Shown in pieces: positions 10,558 through 20,702 of a stretch of DNA of 37,301 nucleotides. The notes below the pieces were generated by a model. That model ran no database searches. It saw nothing but the letters and a program-made list of their open reading frames with translations, and was not told where the DNA came from. A program made the translations under genes and the position numbers. Location of the stretch: positions 1 to 37,301 of the forward strand of contig QPMI01000377.1 of NCBI GenBank assembly GCA_004431415.1. Direction: 5' to 3'. The DNA is from Cyanophora paradoxa CCMP329. Its lineage: Eukaryota > Plantae > Glaucophyta. Position 1 is the first letter of the stretch. Every line of letters starts with the position of its first letter.

Positions 10558-13500
10558 ATGGAGGCGGGCGGGCGGGGCGGCGGCGCGTTCAAGGGCGAGA
10601 ACGCGGGCGTTTCCGAGAACGCCGCCCAGACGGTGGTCCCAGAGAGCTACCGCTGGCGCCTGACGAGCGCTCTTGCGAGGCGGCCGTCTGCGGGCACGGG
10701 CGGCGGCGGCGGCGGGCTGGAGCTCGCCGGCGCGGACCTCGCCCTGGGCCTGGGCCTGCAGGATCTCGGCGATGGGCAGCTGCAGCCGGAGGCGCCGCGG
10801 CTGGGGGAGGCGCTGGAGCGCCGCGCGGCGCCCTCCCTCCTCCCGCTGCGCTGGCGGCTCGACATGCGCTTCAAGGACCGCGATGCCGAGGTGCGCCCTA
10901 CAGCCAGGCCTCCTTGCGCCCCGCCCCGCGCCCGGCCCCCCTGGGGCGCCGCCCCGCCCTCGGCCCTCCCAGAAGTACTAGTTACTTTCCATCTCCACGC
11001 AGGGGCGCTTCTCGGAGCAGTATGCGGTGGGGGCGAGGGTCCGCTTCCGCATCCTCTTCTGCATCGCCTCCATCGCCCTCGGCGCCGACGGTGCCCCGCC
11101 CGACTCCGCCGCCCCCGCCCCGCCGCGCCGGCGTCTCTGAGGCGGGGCGGGGCGCGGGCGCAGCGGCGTGGGCGGCGCTGCAGAGCGCGCCGGCGGCGGT
11201 GACGCGGGAGGACCTGGCGCTGCGCGGGGCCCTCTTCGGCGTCGCCGTCGTCTTCGCGGCCCTCGCCTTCGCGCCGCCCCTCCGCCGCGCCTCCACCCGC
11301 GCCTTCTACCGCACCTTCGTCGCCGTGCCCCGGCCCCGCCCCCGCCCCCGCCCCGCCCCGGCCCGCCCGCCCCGCAGCGCTGACGTCGGCGGCGGGGGCG
11401 GGGCGGGGGCGCGGGCGCAGGGGATCGTGGCGATCGCGGTGCTGTACTGCCTGCGGCGCGGCCTCTGCCTCTACGCCACCCGCAGCGGCGGCCAGGAGCC
11501 GTACTGTGCGCCGCCCCGGCCCCGGCCCCGGCGCCCCCCGCGCGCGCGGCGGCCTCACGCGGCGGGGCCGGGCGCCGGCGGGCAGACGACCTGCTGGCGC
11601 CGGGGATCGTGCTCGGGCTCGTCCTCTTCGGGCACATCCCCCTCCGCCTCTCCACCGCCCCGCTGCCCCTCCTCGTCTGCGTCTCCGTCGCCTCCGAGCT
11701 CGTCGGCGCCGCCTTCGCGCCGCCCGAGGACCGCCGCCGCTACCTCCTCCTCGCCGCCACCGTGCAGGCCGTCCTCGGCACCGTCGCCACGCTCCTCGTC
11801 ACCGCCGGCGTGCGCCACGAGGCCGAGGCCCGCCGCCGCTTCCTGATGGCGGAGGCGGTGGAGCGGGCGCGGCGGGGCGCGGTGGGGCGGCAGCGGGCGG
11901 CCGTCGCCGTGCTGCGGAACCTGCTGCCCGACCCCGTCATCGACGCCGTCCACCGCGACGAGTGGGCCCGCATCAACCGCCAGGCGCGCCCCCCGCCGCC
12001 GCCTCTCGTGCCCGCGTCGCCGCTGACGCCGGCGCGCAGCACGAGAGCGCGACGGTGGTCTTCGTGTCGGCGGCGGCTTGCGGGGGCGGGGCGGGGGCGG
12101 GGCGGGGCGGGGGCGGCGGGGCGCTTCGGGGCGATGCGGGCGCTGATGGCGGCGCTGGAGGCGCTGGCGGAGGCGCACGGCCTCCTGAAGATCAAGTCCA
12201 TGGGGACAACGTTTATGGCCCGCCCCGCCGCCCCCGCCCCGCCCCGCCCCCGCCCCGCCCCGGGCCTGCCCCGCCGACGGCCGCTCGTGCAGGGCGTCGC
12301 CGGCATCAGCTTCGACCTCGACGAGGAGGAGGAGGAGGAGGAGGAGGAGGAGGAGGCGGTGCTGGCGGCGGCGGCGGGGGGCGGGGGCGGGGCGCGCTCC
12401 TCCCGCCGCTCCTCCCGCCGCTCCTCCCGCCGCTCCTCCCACAGGGGCAGCCTCTCCCTCGCGCCCCGCTCCTCCCTCCGCGGCGGCGCCCCCGGCCCCC
12501 GCCCCCCCCCCCCCCCCCGGTGACAGATTCGGCCCCCGGCTTAATCCTTACGCAATCTATAGCCTCTCAGGCGGCCGCTGCTCGCTGACTCGGGAAACCG
12601 TGGCAGCAAGATGAGTCGTCTGAGTAGGCGGCGAGCGGCATCGCCTGTCCACCGGGGTACGCGCGCCGCCCCCCTGGCCCGCGCCCCGCTCATCTTGCTA
12701 GCCCTTTCGCAGCCTCTCCCGACTCGGCCCCAGCAGCAGCCGGACGGCTCACGCCGTCGGGTCAGTGGTGGGTGCAGCTTCGGAGCTGTGCGCGCGGCCG
12801 CCCCCCGCCGCGCGCACAGCTCCTCAGCTGCTGTATCTTCGGTCGTCTAGCGGCCTATGAAGACCTCTCTTCAAATTGCCTTCCCTCGCATGAAAGCTCA
12901 TGTGCGCGGGCCTGCATGTAATCAAGAATATCTGTCTTCGAGTACACGAGGCAGTTGACTGCTCAAAATACTCACGCTCTAACACACGCTTGCCTAGCTC
13001 AGGCAGCGCACACTGCCACAGGCAGGCCTAGCCTCGTCACCGCCCGCATGCACCCCACCCTCGGATCTAATCTGAGGTGACCGATCAGCCGCCAGATAGC
13101 AACTCAGCCAGGGGGTACACGTACCCACGCGCGCGCGCGCGTACCCTGCCACCTTCGTCTCTTTAATTTCAAACTTCGGCCTCGAGCTCACGATAAGCCG
13201 GGTCCGTCGCCGCCGCGCCCGAGGGCCCTGCCGCCACGTCCGCGTTGACCTCTGCGCCCTCCCAGGACGTCAAGAGCGAGTGCAAAGCTCTCTCCCCGAC
13301 TCGCCAATCACCTCTGCGAGCCTCTCCGTTGACACAGCGCCGGTGCGACGCAGCTCAAATCAATTTCCCGTCATCGCTTCTCTCATTCCCTGCGGCCTGA
13401 CGCTCCCTGCTGACGCAGCTAGCGAGTGCGAAGCCTTGAAGCGCGCGCATTCCGATTCACGGCTCCGAGCTCGCTTGTCTAAGTGCGAGAACGGGTCGTG

Positions 13501-16500
13501 AGCTCTTTCTCCCCTCCTTTTCCATGCCTAAGGAATTACTCGCCATGCCTGCGAGAAATTCCGGCCTTGCCGCCACCCACCTGCATCACCTCGGCTGGTG
13601 AGCAGGTCCCTCCTCGCGCCACGCAGGCGCCTGGAGCTCCAACCCCGCTGATGACGCTCTGTCGGTCGCAGAGCAGAAACGGTGGTGAGATTCGTTGCGC
13701 CCCCTGCGCACACGGACCTCACCTGACTGTTCGGGGAACCGACCAGGCCACGGTCCGTGTTTGCGCGCTGCGCGCTCTCCGGGACGGCTAGAGGGGACAC
13801 CGCCCGCCTCGGCGGGCACGCCTAGTGCTCTCCACTGCCTTTTCACCTTCAAATCTCGTCCGGCATCTCTAAGGCCTTCGACACGGCTAGTGCGGCAGCG
13901 GATTGGACGCCCTCCGTGCGCTTTAACGCCCTCGATCGCTTATTCTCGTGGCAGATCGTCCACGAGCACGTCGGCACCGATCGTCCCCGACGGTCGGCCT
14001 AAAAAGGTGATTCCCTCGCCGCGCCTCGCACGGGCGCGGTTCTAGGCCTTCCTATCTACCGCACGCACCTTCGTGTCAACCCCGCGGGAGCGCTTCGGAT
14101 CTTACCTCTGTTTCTGACCGGAACTTCGTTCCGCAGACTCTGCGACCACCGAGCCGATCTCAGCCCTCTTCTTCCGAGTTCTACTCCTCCCGTTTCCCTT
14201 TTCGTGGCCCGCCCATCACCTCAGCCTCAGCCAACTGCCCCAGAGCGCGCCAGCGCACTCGTCCGCCAATTCGCAACTTCCGGACCCAGTAGCCGAATCG
14301 GTCCGCATTCAACGCCTCTCCTAAGCACGCCAATCCCCGGCTCATGATCAGCGTGCAGATCACAAACGCAATGATCGTGGATGGTGCACGCACGCCGAAC
14401 TACCGCGTCGGTGACCACTACCGCACTCAGCTGCTCGCCCAAGCGATGGAGTCCGCAGCGTGTGCCTCCGCCTGTCGCTTTCGCCCGTACGCTCCTCGCG
14501 GAACTGAGCGCGGCTCTGCACAGCCCCGTCTTGCCGCCGGGTGTGGCAACCATCAGCTTCATCGATTACGCCAAGAGCGCGCGGGCCTACGATGCCGTCG
14601 CCCTCTTGAAACGTGCGTCGCCACTCGCTATTTTCTTTTTTCTCTCTCTTTCCTCGCTTGCGGATGCGCACGCATGCCCAGGAATGCCTGACCTCGTCCA
14701 CGCCAGCCCCGACGATCGCCTCGCTGGGTTCGCTGGCGGGCAGCTCCATGATCGAGTGCATGGTCTCGCACTCGTTCTCATGAGCCGCGTCGCGACCACC
14801 GACATCCCCGCCGCGAGCGCCACGGCCTCTCTCAGAGTATGTGAGCTTCGTGAACTCCCCGTCGCCTGCCGACACCGTCTCAACGCGCCTTGCCGTGCAG
14901 AAGCTGCTAGAAGGTATCCACGACCCGCTGGAGCTACCGATTCCCGGCCTCCGTACCCGCGCGATGCCTGACAGCGCACGCTGCCCGCCCCGTTACCTCG
15001 CTACAATGACCAGCAGCCTTCGCCCCGGTCCGCATGCTCCTCGATCGAATTAGCGCCAGCGGCGCCCGCGATCTAGGCTTTATAGCCCTCGCAATCCCCA
15101 GCTCTTCTCTTCAGGGCTGCTGCCGCCTGCTGATCCGGGATCCCGCAGCAGCAGGATGAGTCGCTCTCGCGAACAGCAAGCCCTCTCTCTCTCCCCCCGA
15201 CTCGTCGAGCTCTACGATCACCCCCTCCGCCTTTGCGGGCTTTCGTCCCCATCCAAGCCTGAGCTCAAGTGTGAGCGTCTGTCTACGCCATCTCCTCATC
15301 CCGGCCCGAGCCATATCCTCGAGCTCATCGCCCCCTAGCTCCTACGAGCGCCTATCCCAGACCGCATCATGATCATCGCAGTACCCCAGCTCCTTCGAGC
15401 GTGTACCCCCTGCCCACTAGCCCCTTAATCCTTACGCAATCTATAGCCTCTCAGGCGGCCGCTGCTCGCTGACTCGGGAAACCGTGGCAGCAAGATGAGT
15501 CGTCTGAGTAGGCGGCGAGCGGCATCGCCTGTCCACCGGGGTACGCGCGCCGCCCCCCTGGCCCGCGCCCCGCTCATCTTGCTAGCCCTTTCGCAGCCTC
15601 TCCCGACTCGGCCCCAGCAGCAGCCGGACGGCTCACGCCGTCGGGTCAGTGGTGGGTGCAGCTTCGGAGCTGTGCGCGCGGCCGCCCCCCGCCGCGCGCA
15701 CAGCTCCTCAGCTGCTGTATCTTCGGTCGTCTAGCGGCCTATGAAGACCTCTCTTCAAATTGCCTTCCCTCGCATGAAAGCTCATGTGCGCGGGCCTGCA
15801 TGTAATCAAGAATATCTGTCTTCGAGTACACGAGGCAGTTGACTGCTCAAAATACTCACGCTCTAACACACGCTTGCCTAGCTCAGGCAGCGCACACTGC
15901 CACAGGCAGGCCTAGCCTCGTCACCGCCCGCATGCACCCCACCTCGGATCTAATCTGAGGTGACCGATCAGCCGCCAGATAGCAACTCAGCCAGGGGGTA
16001 CACGTACCCACGCGCGCGCGCGCGTACCCTGCCACCTTCGTCTCTTTAATTTCAAACTTCGGCCTCGAGCTCACGATAAGCCGGGTCCGTCGCCGCCGCG
16101 CCCGAGGGCCCTGCCGCCACGTCCGCGTTGACCTCTGCGCCCTCCCAGGACGTCAAGAGCGAGTGCAAAGCTCTCTCCCGACTCGCCAATCACCTCTGCG
16201 AGCCTCTCCGTTGACACAGCGCCGGTGCGACGCAGCTCAAATCAATTTCCCGTCATCGCTTCTCTCATTCCCTGCGGCCTGACGCTCCCTGCTGACGCAG
16301 CTAGCGAGTGCGAAGCCTTGAAGCGCGCGCATTCCGATTCACGGCTCCGAGCTCGCTTGTCTAAGTGCGAGAACGGGTCGTGAGCTCTTTCTCCCCTCCT
16401 TTTCCATGCCTAAGGAATTACTCGCCATGCCTGCGAGAAATTCCGGCCTTGCCGCCACCCACCTGCATCACCTCGGCTGGTGAGCAGGTCCCTCCTCGCG

Positions 16501-19500
16501 CCACGCAGGCGCCTGGAGCTCCAACCCCGCTGATGACGCTCTGTCGGTCGCAGAGCAGAAACGGTGGTGAGATTCGTTGCGCCCCCTGCGCACACGGACC
16601 TCACCTGACTGTTCGGGGAACCGACCAGGCCACGGTCCGTGTTTGCGCGCTGCGCGCTCTCCGGGACGGCTAGAGGGGACACCGCCCGCCTCGGCGGGCA
16701 CGCCTAGTGCTCTCCACTGCCTTTTCACCTTCAAATCTCGTCCGGAGGCGCACGGCCTCCTGAAGATCAAGTCCATGGGGACAACGTTTATGGCCCGCCC
16801 CGCCGCCCCCGCCCCGCCCCGCCCCCGCCCCGGGCCTGCCCCCGCCCCCGCCGACGGCCGCTCGTGCAGGGCGTCGCCGGCATCAGCTTCGACCTCGACG
16901 AGGAGGAGGAGGAGGAGGAGGAGGAGGAGGAGGAGGCGGTGCTGGCGGCGGCGGCGGGGGGCGGGGGCGGGGCGCGCTCCTCCCGCCGCTCCTCCCGCCG
17001 CTCCTCCCGCCGCTCCTCCCACAGGGCAGCCTCTCCCTCGCGCCCCGCTCCTCCTCCGCGGCGGCGCCCCCGGCCCCCGGCCCCCCTTCGCCCCCCCGCT
17101 GCTCGCGGGGCGCTGGCTGCGGTGCCGGGCGGCGGGGGGCGCGCGGGTGCACCACACGGAGGCGGCGGGGGCATTCGCGCTGGCGGCGGTGGAGGCAGCG
17201 CGGGCGCTCTGCTTCGCGCCGAAGGCGGGGCTCTACGAGGGGCCCCTCGTGAGCGGTGTCATCGGCTGCCGCCTCGCCTTCGACGTCTTCGGCGACGCCT
17301 GCAACCTCGCCCAGCGGTGCCCCCGGCCCCGCCCCGCCCCGCCCCCGCCACGCCCCGCTCCGATCTGATGGCTGCGGCCGGGGGGCCTCGGCGGGGGCAG
17401 GATGTGCCTGCACAGCGAGGAGGGGCGGGTGCAGGCGCCGGCGGGGGCGCGGGAGGCGGTGCTGGCGGCGCAGCGCCTGCGGGCCGTCTCGGCCTCCTTC
17501 TCCTCCTCCAAGGGCGGGGGCGGGGGCGGGGGCGGGGCCGGGGGCGGGGGGCCCCTGCCCCTCGCCTTCACGGAGCCGCGCACGTGCCTCGTCAAGGGCC
17601 GCGGGCCCATGCTCACCTGCTTCCTTCTCCGCCCCGACTGCCCCCCCGCCCCCGCCCACCCCGCCCCGGGCGCCCCCTCGCTCTTCACCCCCGTGCTGCG
17701 CCCCTTGGACCTCGGGCTCGAGGGGGAGGCCACGGTAGGGGGTCCCTGCCCCGGTTGCGGCGCCGGTGCGGCGGCCGCCGGCGCCGCCTCGGGGCGCTCG
17801 AGCCTGCGGCAGAAGCCGTCCCCGCGCGACTCGCACCGCTCCCGCGCCGCCGCCTCCGAGGGACCCTCCCTGCGCTTCTCCGCCCTCTCCGCCGCCCCAG
17901 CCGCCTCCCCGCCCGACGCCGCCGAGGCCCCGATCGCGGCCCCGGGCGGCGGCGCGGCCGCCTCGGTCTCGCAGAAAGGGAGCCGGGGCCGGCGCGGCTC
18001 GGTCCTCCCCACCACCGAGTCGCGCCGGAGCGTGCGGATCGGCCCGCGTACCTCCCGCCGCCTCCCTCCTCGACCGCCTCCCCGCCCCGCCCCGCCGCCC
18101 CCGCCGCCGCCGGGGCCGCTGCGGGCGGCTCCGTCTCCTCCCGCCGCTCGCTGCGCGCTGTCGCCTGGTCGGCGGCCGCCTCGCGATCGGAGGGGCCCAG
18201 GGCGACCCTCAGGCACCCGCGCCGCCCCGCCGGCCTTCTTCTCCTCGCGCCGCGTCGCCCCGCTCGACTCCCAGTCAGACCCGAGGAGGCCGAGGCGGGG
18301 GCCGAGGCGCCGCCGCCGCCGCCGCCGAGCGCGGGGGGCGAGGAGGGGCGCGCCCCGAGCCGGCCTCGCGGCGGCGAGGGACGTGGGCGGGGGCGGGGGC
18401 CCCCGAGCCCGCCGAGTTCCTCGACCTCGCCCGCCGCGCCCCCTCGACGAGGCCGGGCCCCGGCCCCCTCGGGCTCCCCCGCGGCCGCCCCGGCGCAGCC
18501 GCGGCGGCGGCGCTGGTGGCGGCTGGCCTTCGAGGACGGGGCGCGGGAGGCGGCCTTCTGGCGTGCGGCGGAAGCGGCGCAGGCGGCCGACCTGCGGCCC
18601 GTGCTCCTCTGCACCCTCTTCCACTCGGCCCTCTTCCCCCTCTTCAAGCAGCTCGCCGACGACATCACCGACGGCCCGCTCCTCCTCCGCCGCTACCTCC
18701 TCCGCCTCGCCGCCCTCCTCCCGCTCGCCCTTGGCTGCCTCCTCGGCGGCGCCCGCCCTGCGCCGGTGCCGCGGGGCCGGCGGCTGGCGGCGGTGCACGC
18801 GATGGCGCTGGGGGTGGCGTTCGTGCCGGCGGCGACCTTCGTGGACATCGCCGTCGCCGCCTTCGGCCTCAACCGCCCGGGCGTCACCTCCTACTCCGCC
18901 CTCACCGTGCGGCCCCCGCCCGCCCCTCGAGAGCTCGCGCCCCCGCCCCCGCCGCCGCTGACACCGCCTTCGGCGGCGCCACAGCTGAACGACGCGGACG
19001 CGACCTTTGCGATCGTCTTCGCGGCGTCGGTGGGCCTGCTGCCCTTCTGGCAGGGCCAGCTCTGGAGCGCCGCCGTCGTCGCCGCCTCCCTCGCCTGGCT
19101 CCTCGCCTCCGGCCGCACCGTCGTCATTTTCCTTGCGCTCTTCGCCGCCGCCTGCGGGGCCGCCGCCTACCTGCGCGAGGCGGACGCGCGGCGCAGCGCG
19201 GAGCTGCAGGAGGGGGAGCGGGAGCAGCTGCGCTCCGCCGCCAAGGCCGAGGCGGAGACCGTCGCGCTGCTGCGCCTCTGCCTCCCGCCCGCCGTCCTCC
19301 CCCTGCTCCCCTCCATCTCCGACCCGGCCGCCGGCCCGGGCGCCCTGGAGCTCGAGTTCGCGAGCGTCGCGGTGCTCCAGAGCGACATCGTCGGCTTCTC
19401 GGCACTCAGCGGCCGCACCGACCCGCACCGCCTCGTCTCCACCCTCAGTGCTCCCCGGCCCCCCGCCCCGCCCCGCCCCGCTCGCCCTCCGCCCGCCTGA

Positions 19501-20430
19501 CGGTCCCCCGCCAGACGCGCTCTTCGCGCGCTGCGACGAGATCGCCGAGCGCTACGGCGTCCAGACCCTCCGCACTGCCGGCGGTCAGCCTCTTCCCCGC
19601 CCCGCCGGCCCGCCCAGCCCCCACGGCAATTGGAAACGACGGGGCGGGGCGCAGACTCGTGGGTGGGGGCGGTGGGGCTGGGGGCGCCGGCGGGCCCGCG
19701 GGAGGTGGCGGCTCTGCTGCGGGCGGCGCAGGCGATGGCCGACCTCTACGACGCCGCCCGCCTCCTCGTCCGCCCCGGCCCCCCGCCCGCCCCGGGGGGC
19801 CCTGAGGCCGGCCCGACCCCGAGCCGGCCCCGCCGGGCGCGGCCACTGGGTCGAGGAGCCGGTGCGCCGCCCGCCGCCCCCCTGCTTGCCCCGGCTGAGC
19901 CCGGGCAGATCCGGGCGCGCTTCGGGGTGGGCCTCGGCCCCGCCGCCGGCGCCGTCGTCGGCCTCCGCCTCTGGACCTGGGAGGCGCGCCCCCGCCCCGC
20001 CCCGCCCCGTCTTGGCCGCTGGGCGCCGATCCGGCGCGGCAGCTGCTGGGCCCGGCGGTGGAGGCGGCGCAGGAGATGGAGCAGACGGGCGCCCCGGGCC
20101 GCGTCCACGTGCGCCGGCCCCTCCCGCCCGCCCCGCCCCTCCCCGCCCCCGCCGACGCGGCGGCTCGCGGGGCGGCAGGTGACGCGGCGTGTGGCGGAGT
20201 GCGCGGGGCCGCGCTTCGCCTTCGCGCCCCGCGCCCCCGACGCCCACTCCCTCCTCCTCCTCTCCTGCCCCCCCGACGGGCCCGCCCCCGGCCCCGCCCC
20301 CTCAGAGACAGCGGGGGCGCCGGGGACGGGGGCGGCGGGGGCGGCGGGGGCGGGTGCGGGGGCGGGGCGGGCCCCCCCGCGCCTCTCCTTCCTGGACCAC
20401 GACCCCGAGCCCCCGGGGCCCGGCGAGTAG
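10558..20430 (+). CDS. Membrane class III adenylyl/guanylyl cyclase (two TM blocks, two catalytic domains), interrupted by an insertion at 12521-16745
   Basis: Domain 1: LRNLLP...HESATVVFVS...LLKIKSMGTTFMGVAG...GLYEGPLVSGVIG.RLAFDVFGDACNLAQRM. Domain 2: LRLCLP...VLQSDIVGFSALS...QTLRTAGDSW...GVGLGPAAGAVVG.RLWTWELLGPAVEAAQEMEQTG. F.D...E motifs precede both hydrophobic blocks. A few homopolymer frameshifts are present, so the gene could be a pseudogene. Confidence 0.85.
12168..12501 (+). repeat. Host cyclase segment duplicated on both sides of the insertion (copy 1)
   Basis: Near-identical to 16743-17079. Includes an exon end, a whole intron and the poly-Glu exon (11 GAG here, 12 in copy 2). 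Confidence 0.9.
12568..12647 (+). ncRNA. Candidate structured RNA motif of unknown class (copy also at 15452-15531)
   Basis: Outer stem CAGGCG-GCCGCT/AGCGGC-(AT)-CGCCTG, CGG-GAAA-CCG hairpin, AUGA linker, GTCGTCT/AGGCGGC hairpin. A diverged paralog at 15113-15184 has different but still pairing stems. Confidence 0.4.
13629..13748 (+). ncRNA. Type I hammerhead ribozyme, copy 1 (predicted cleavage after 13731, GUU)
   Basis: Stem I CCCCG(13643-47)/CGGGG(13732-36), extended by GCCTGG/CCAGGC. Core CTGATGA 13648-54. Stem II GCTCTG/CAGAGC. GAAA 13676-79. Stem III ACGGT/ACTGT, continued by GGTGAG/CTCACC and TGCGC/GCGCA. Loop II TCGGT is complementary to ACCGA in the stem I internal loop. Confidence 0.8.
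14344..15053 (+). CDS. Orphan ORF inside the ribozyme element (spliced or frameshifted)
   Basis: Three overlapping protein-like frames (MISVQITNAMIVDG..., ...VATISFIDYAKSARAYDAVALLK...LHDRVHGLALVLMSRV..., ...VSTRLAVQKLLEGIHDPLELP...) with a possible GT-AG intron at 14613-14681. No recognisable RT, endonuclease or RdRP motif. Confidence 0.35.
15113..15184 (+). ncRNA. Diverged paralog of the 12568-12647 structured motif
   Basis: AGGGCT-GCTG/CAGC-A-AGCCCT outer stem, CCTGCTG/CAGCAGG stem, CGG-GATC-CCG hairpin, conserved GATGAGTCG. Shared upstream CGCAATC. Confidence 0.4.
15424..16745 (+). repeat. 1.32-kb direct repeat, copy 2
   Basis: Nearly identical to 12540-13863. Confidence 0.95.
16511..16630 (+). 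ncRNA. Type I hammerhead ribozyme, copy 2 (predicted cleavage after 16613)
   Basis: Same sequence as 13629-13748, with the core CTGATGA at 16530. Confidence 0.8.
16743..17079 (+). repeat. Host cyclase segment duplicated on both sides of the insertion (copy 2)
   Basis: Near-identical to 12168-12501 and continues into the rest of catalytic domain 1. Confidence 0.9.
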
Positions 20431-20702
20431 CCGCGCGCTACCGTTCATGGCTGACCCAGCTCGGGTCAAGTTGCAGCGATAATCACGATCAATATCTCCT
20501 TTCTAGCAGGGAAACCTTGCTATGTAGTACAGTGGGTAGCCGTCCGTTGGACGGGCCTGCAGTTGTCTCGGCTTGCTAAGCTTCCTCTGCTCGCAATATA
20601 TACCGGATGCCGGCCTTTTGTTTTCTCGCTTCGACTTCCGAAGCCGAAGGCTCAAGGTTTATTTTTCGTTTCGCTCAAATCACACGCAGCTGCAGATCTG
20701 TT

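Larger units (their letters stand above)
12540..13863 (+). repeat. 1.32-kb direct repeat, copy 1
   Basis: Nearly identical to 15424-16745. The offset changes from 2884 to 2882, i.e. about two single-base indels. Confidence 0.95.
12521..16745 (+). mobile_element. Hammerhead-ribozyme-bearing insertion with partial tandem (pseudo-LTR) structure; retrozyme/Penelope-like or circular-RNA-derived; no RT detected
   Basis: Compositionally distinct 4.2-kb block inside a cyclase exon. Direct repeats at 12540-13863 and 15424-16745, each with a hammerhead fold. A 19-bp filler lies at the left junction and a CGG microhomology at the right junction. Confidence 0.75.

Noticed and set aside
12774-12831. Minus-strand CTGAGGA as an antisense hammerhead
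   Set aside because: It lies within a simple long hairpin and no GAAA is correctly placed.
13598-13760. Micro-exons suggested by GTGAG...GCAG signals
   Set aside because: The same bases are better explained by the hammerhead stems and core, and no coherent ORF results. Splicing cannot be formally excluded.
12521-16745. Canonical LTR retrotransposon
   Set aside because: The repeats do not share TG...CA ends. No PBS, PPT or short TSD, and no gag, RT or integrase motifs. The LLADSG 'protease-like' word is not in a sustained ORF.
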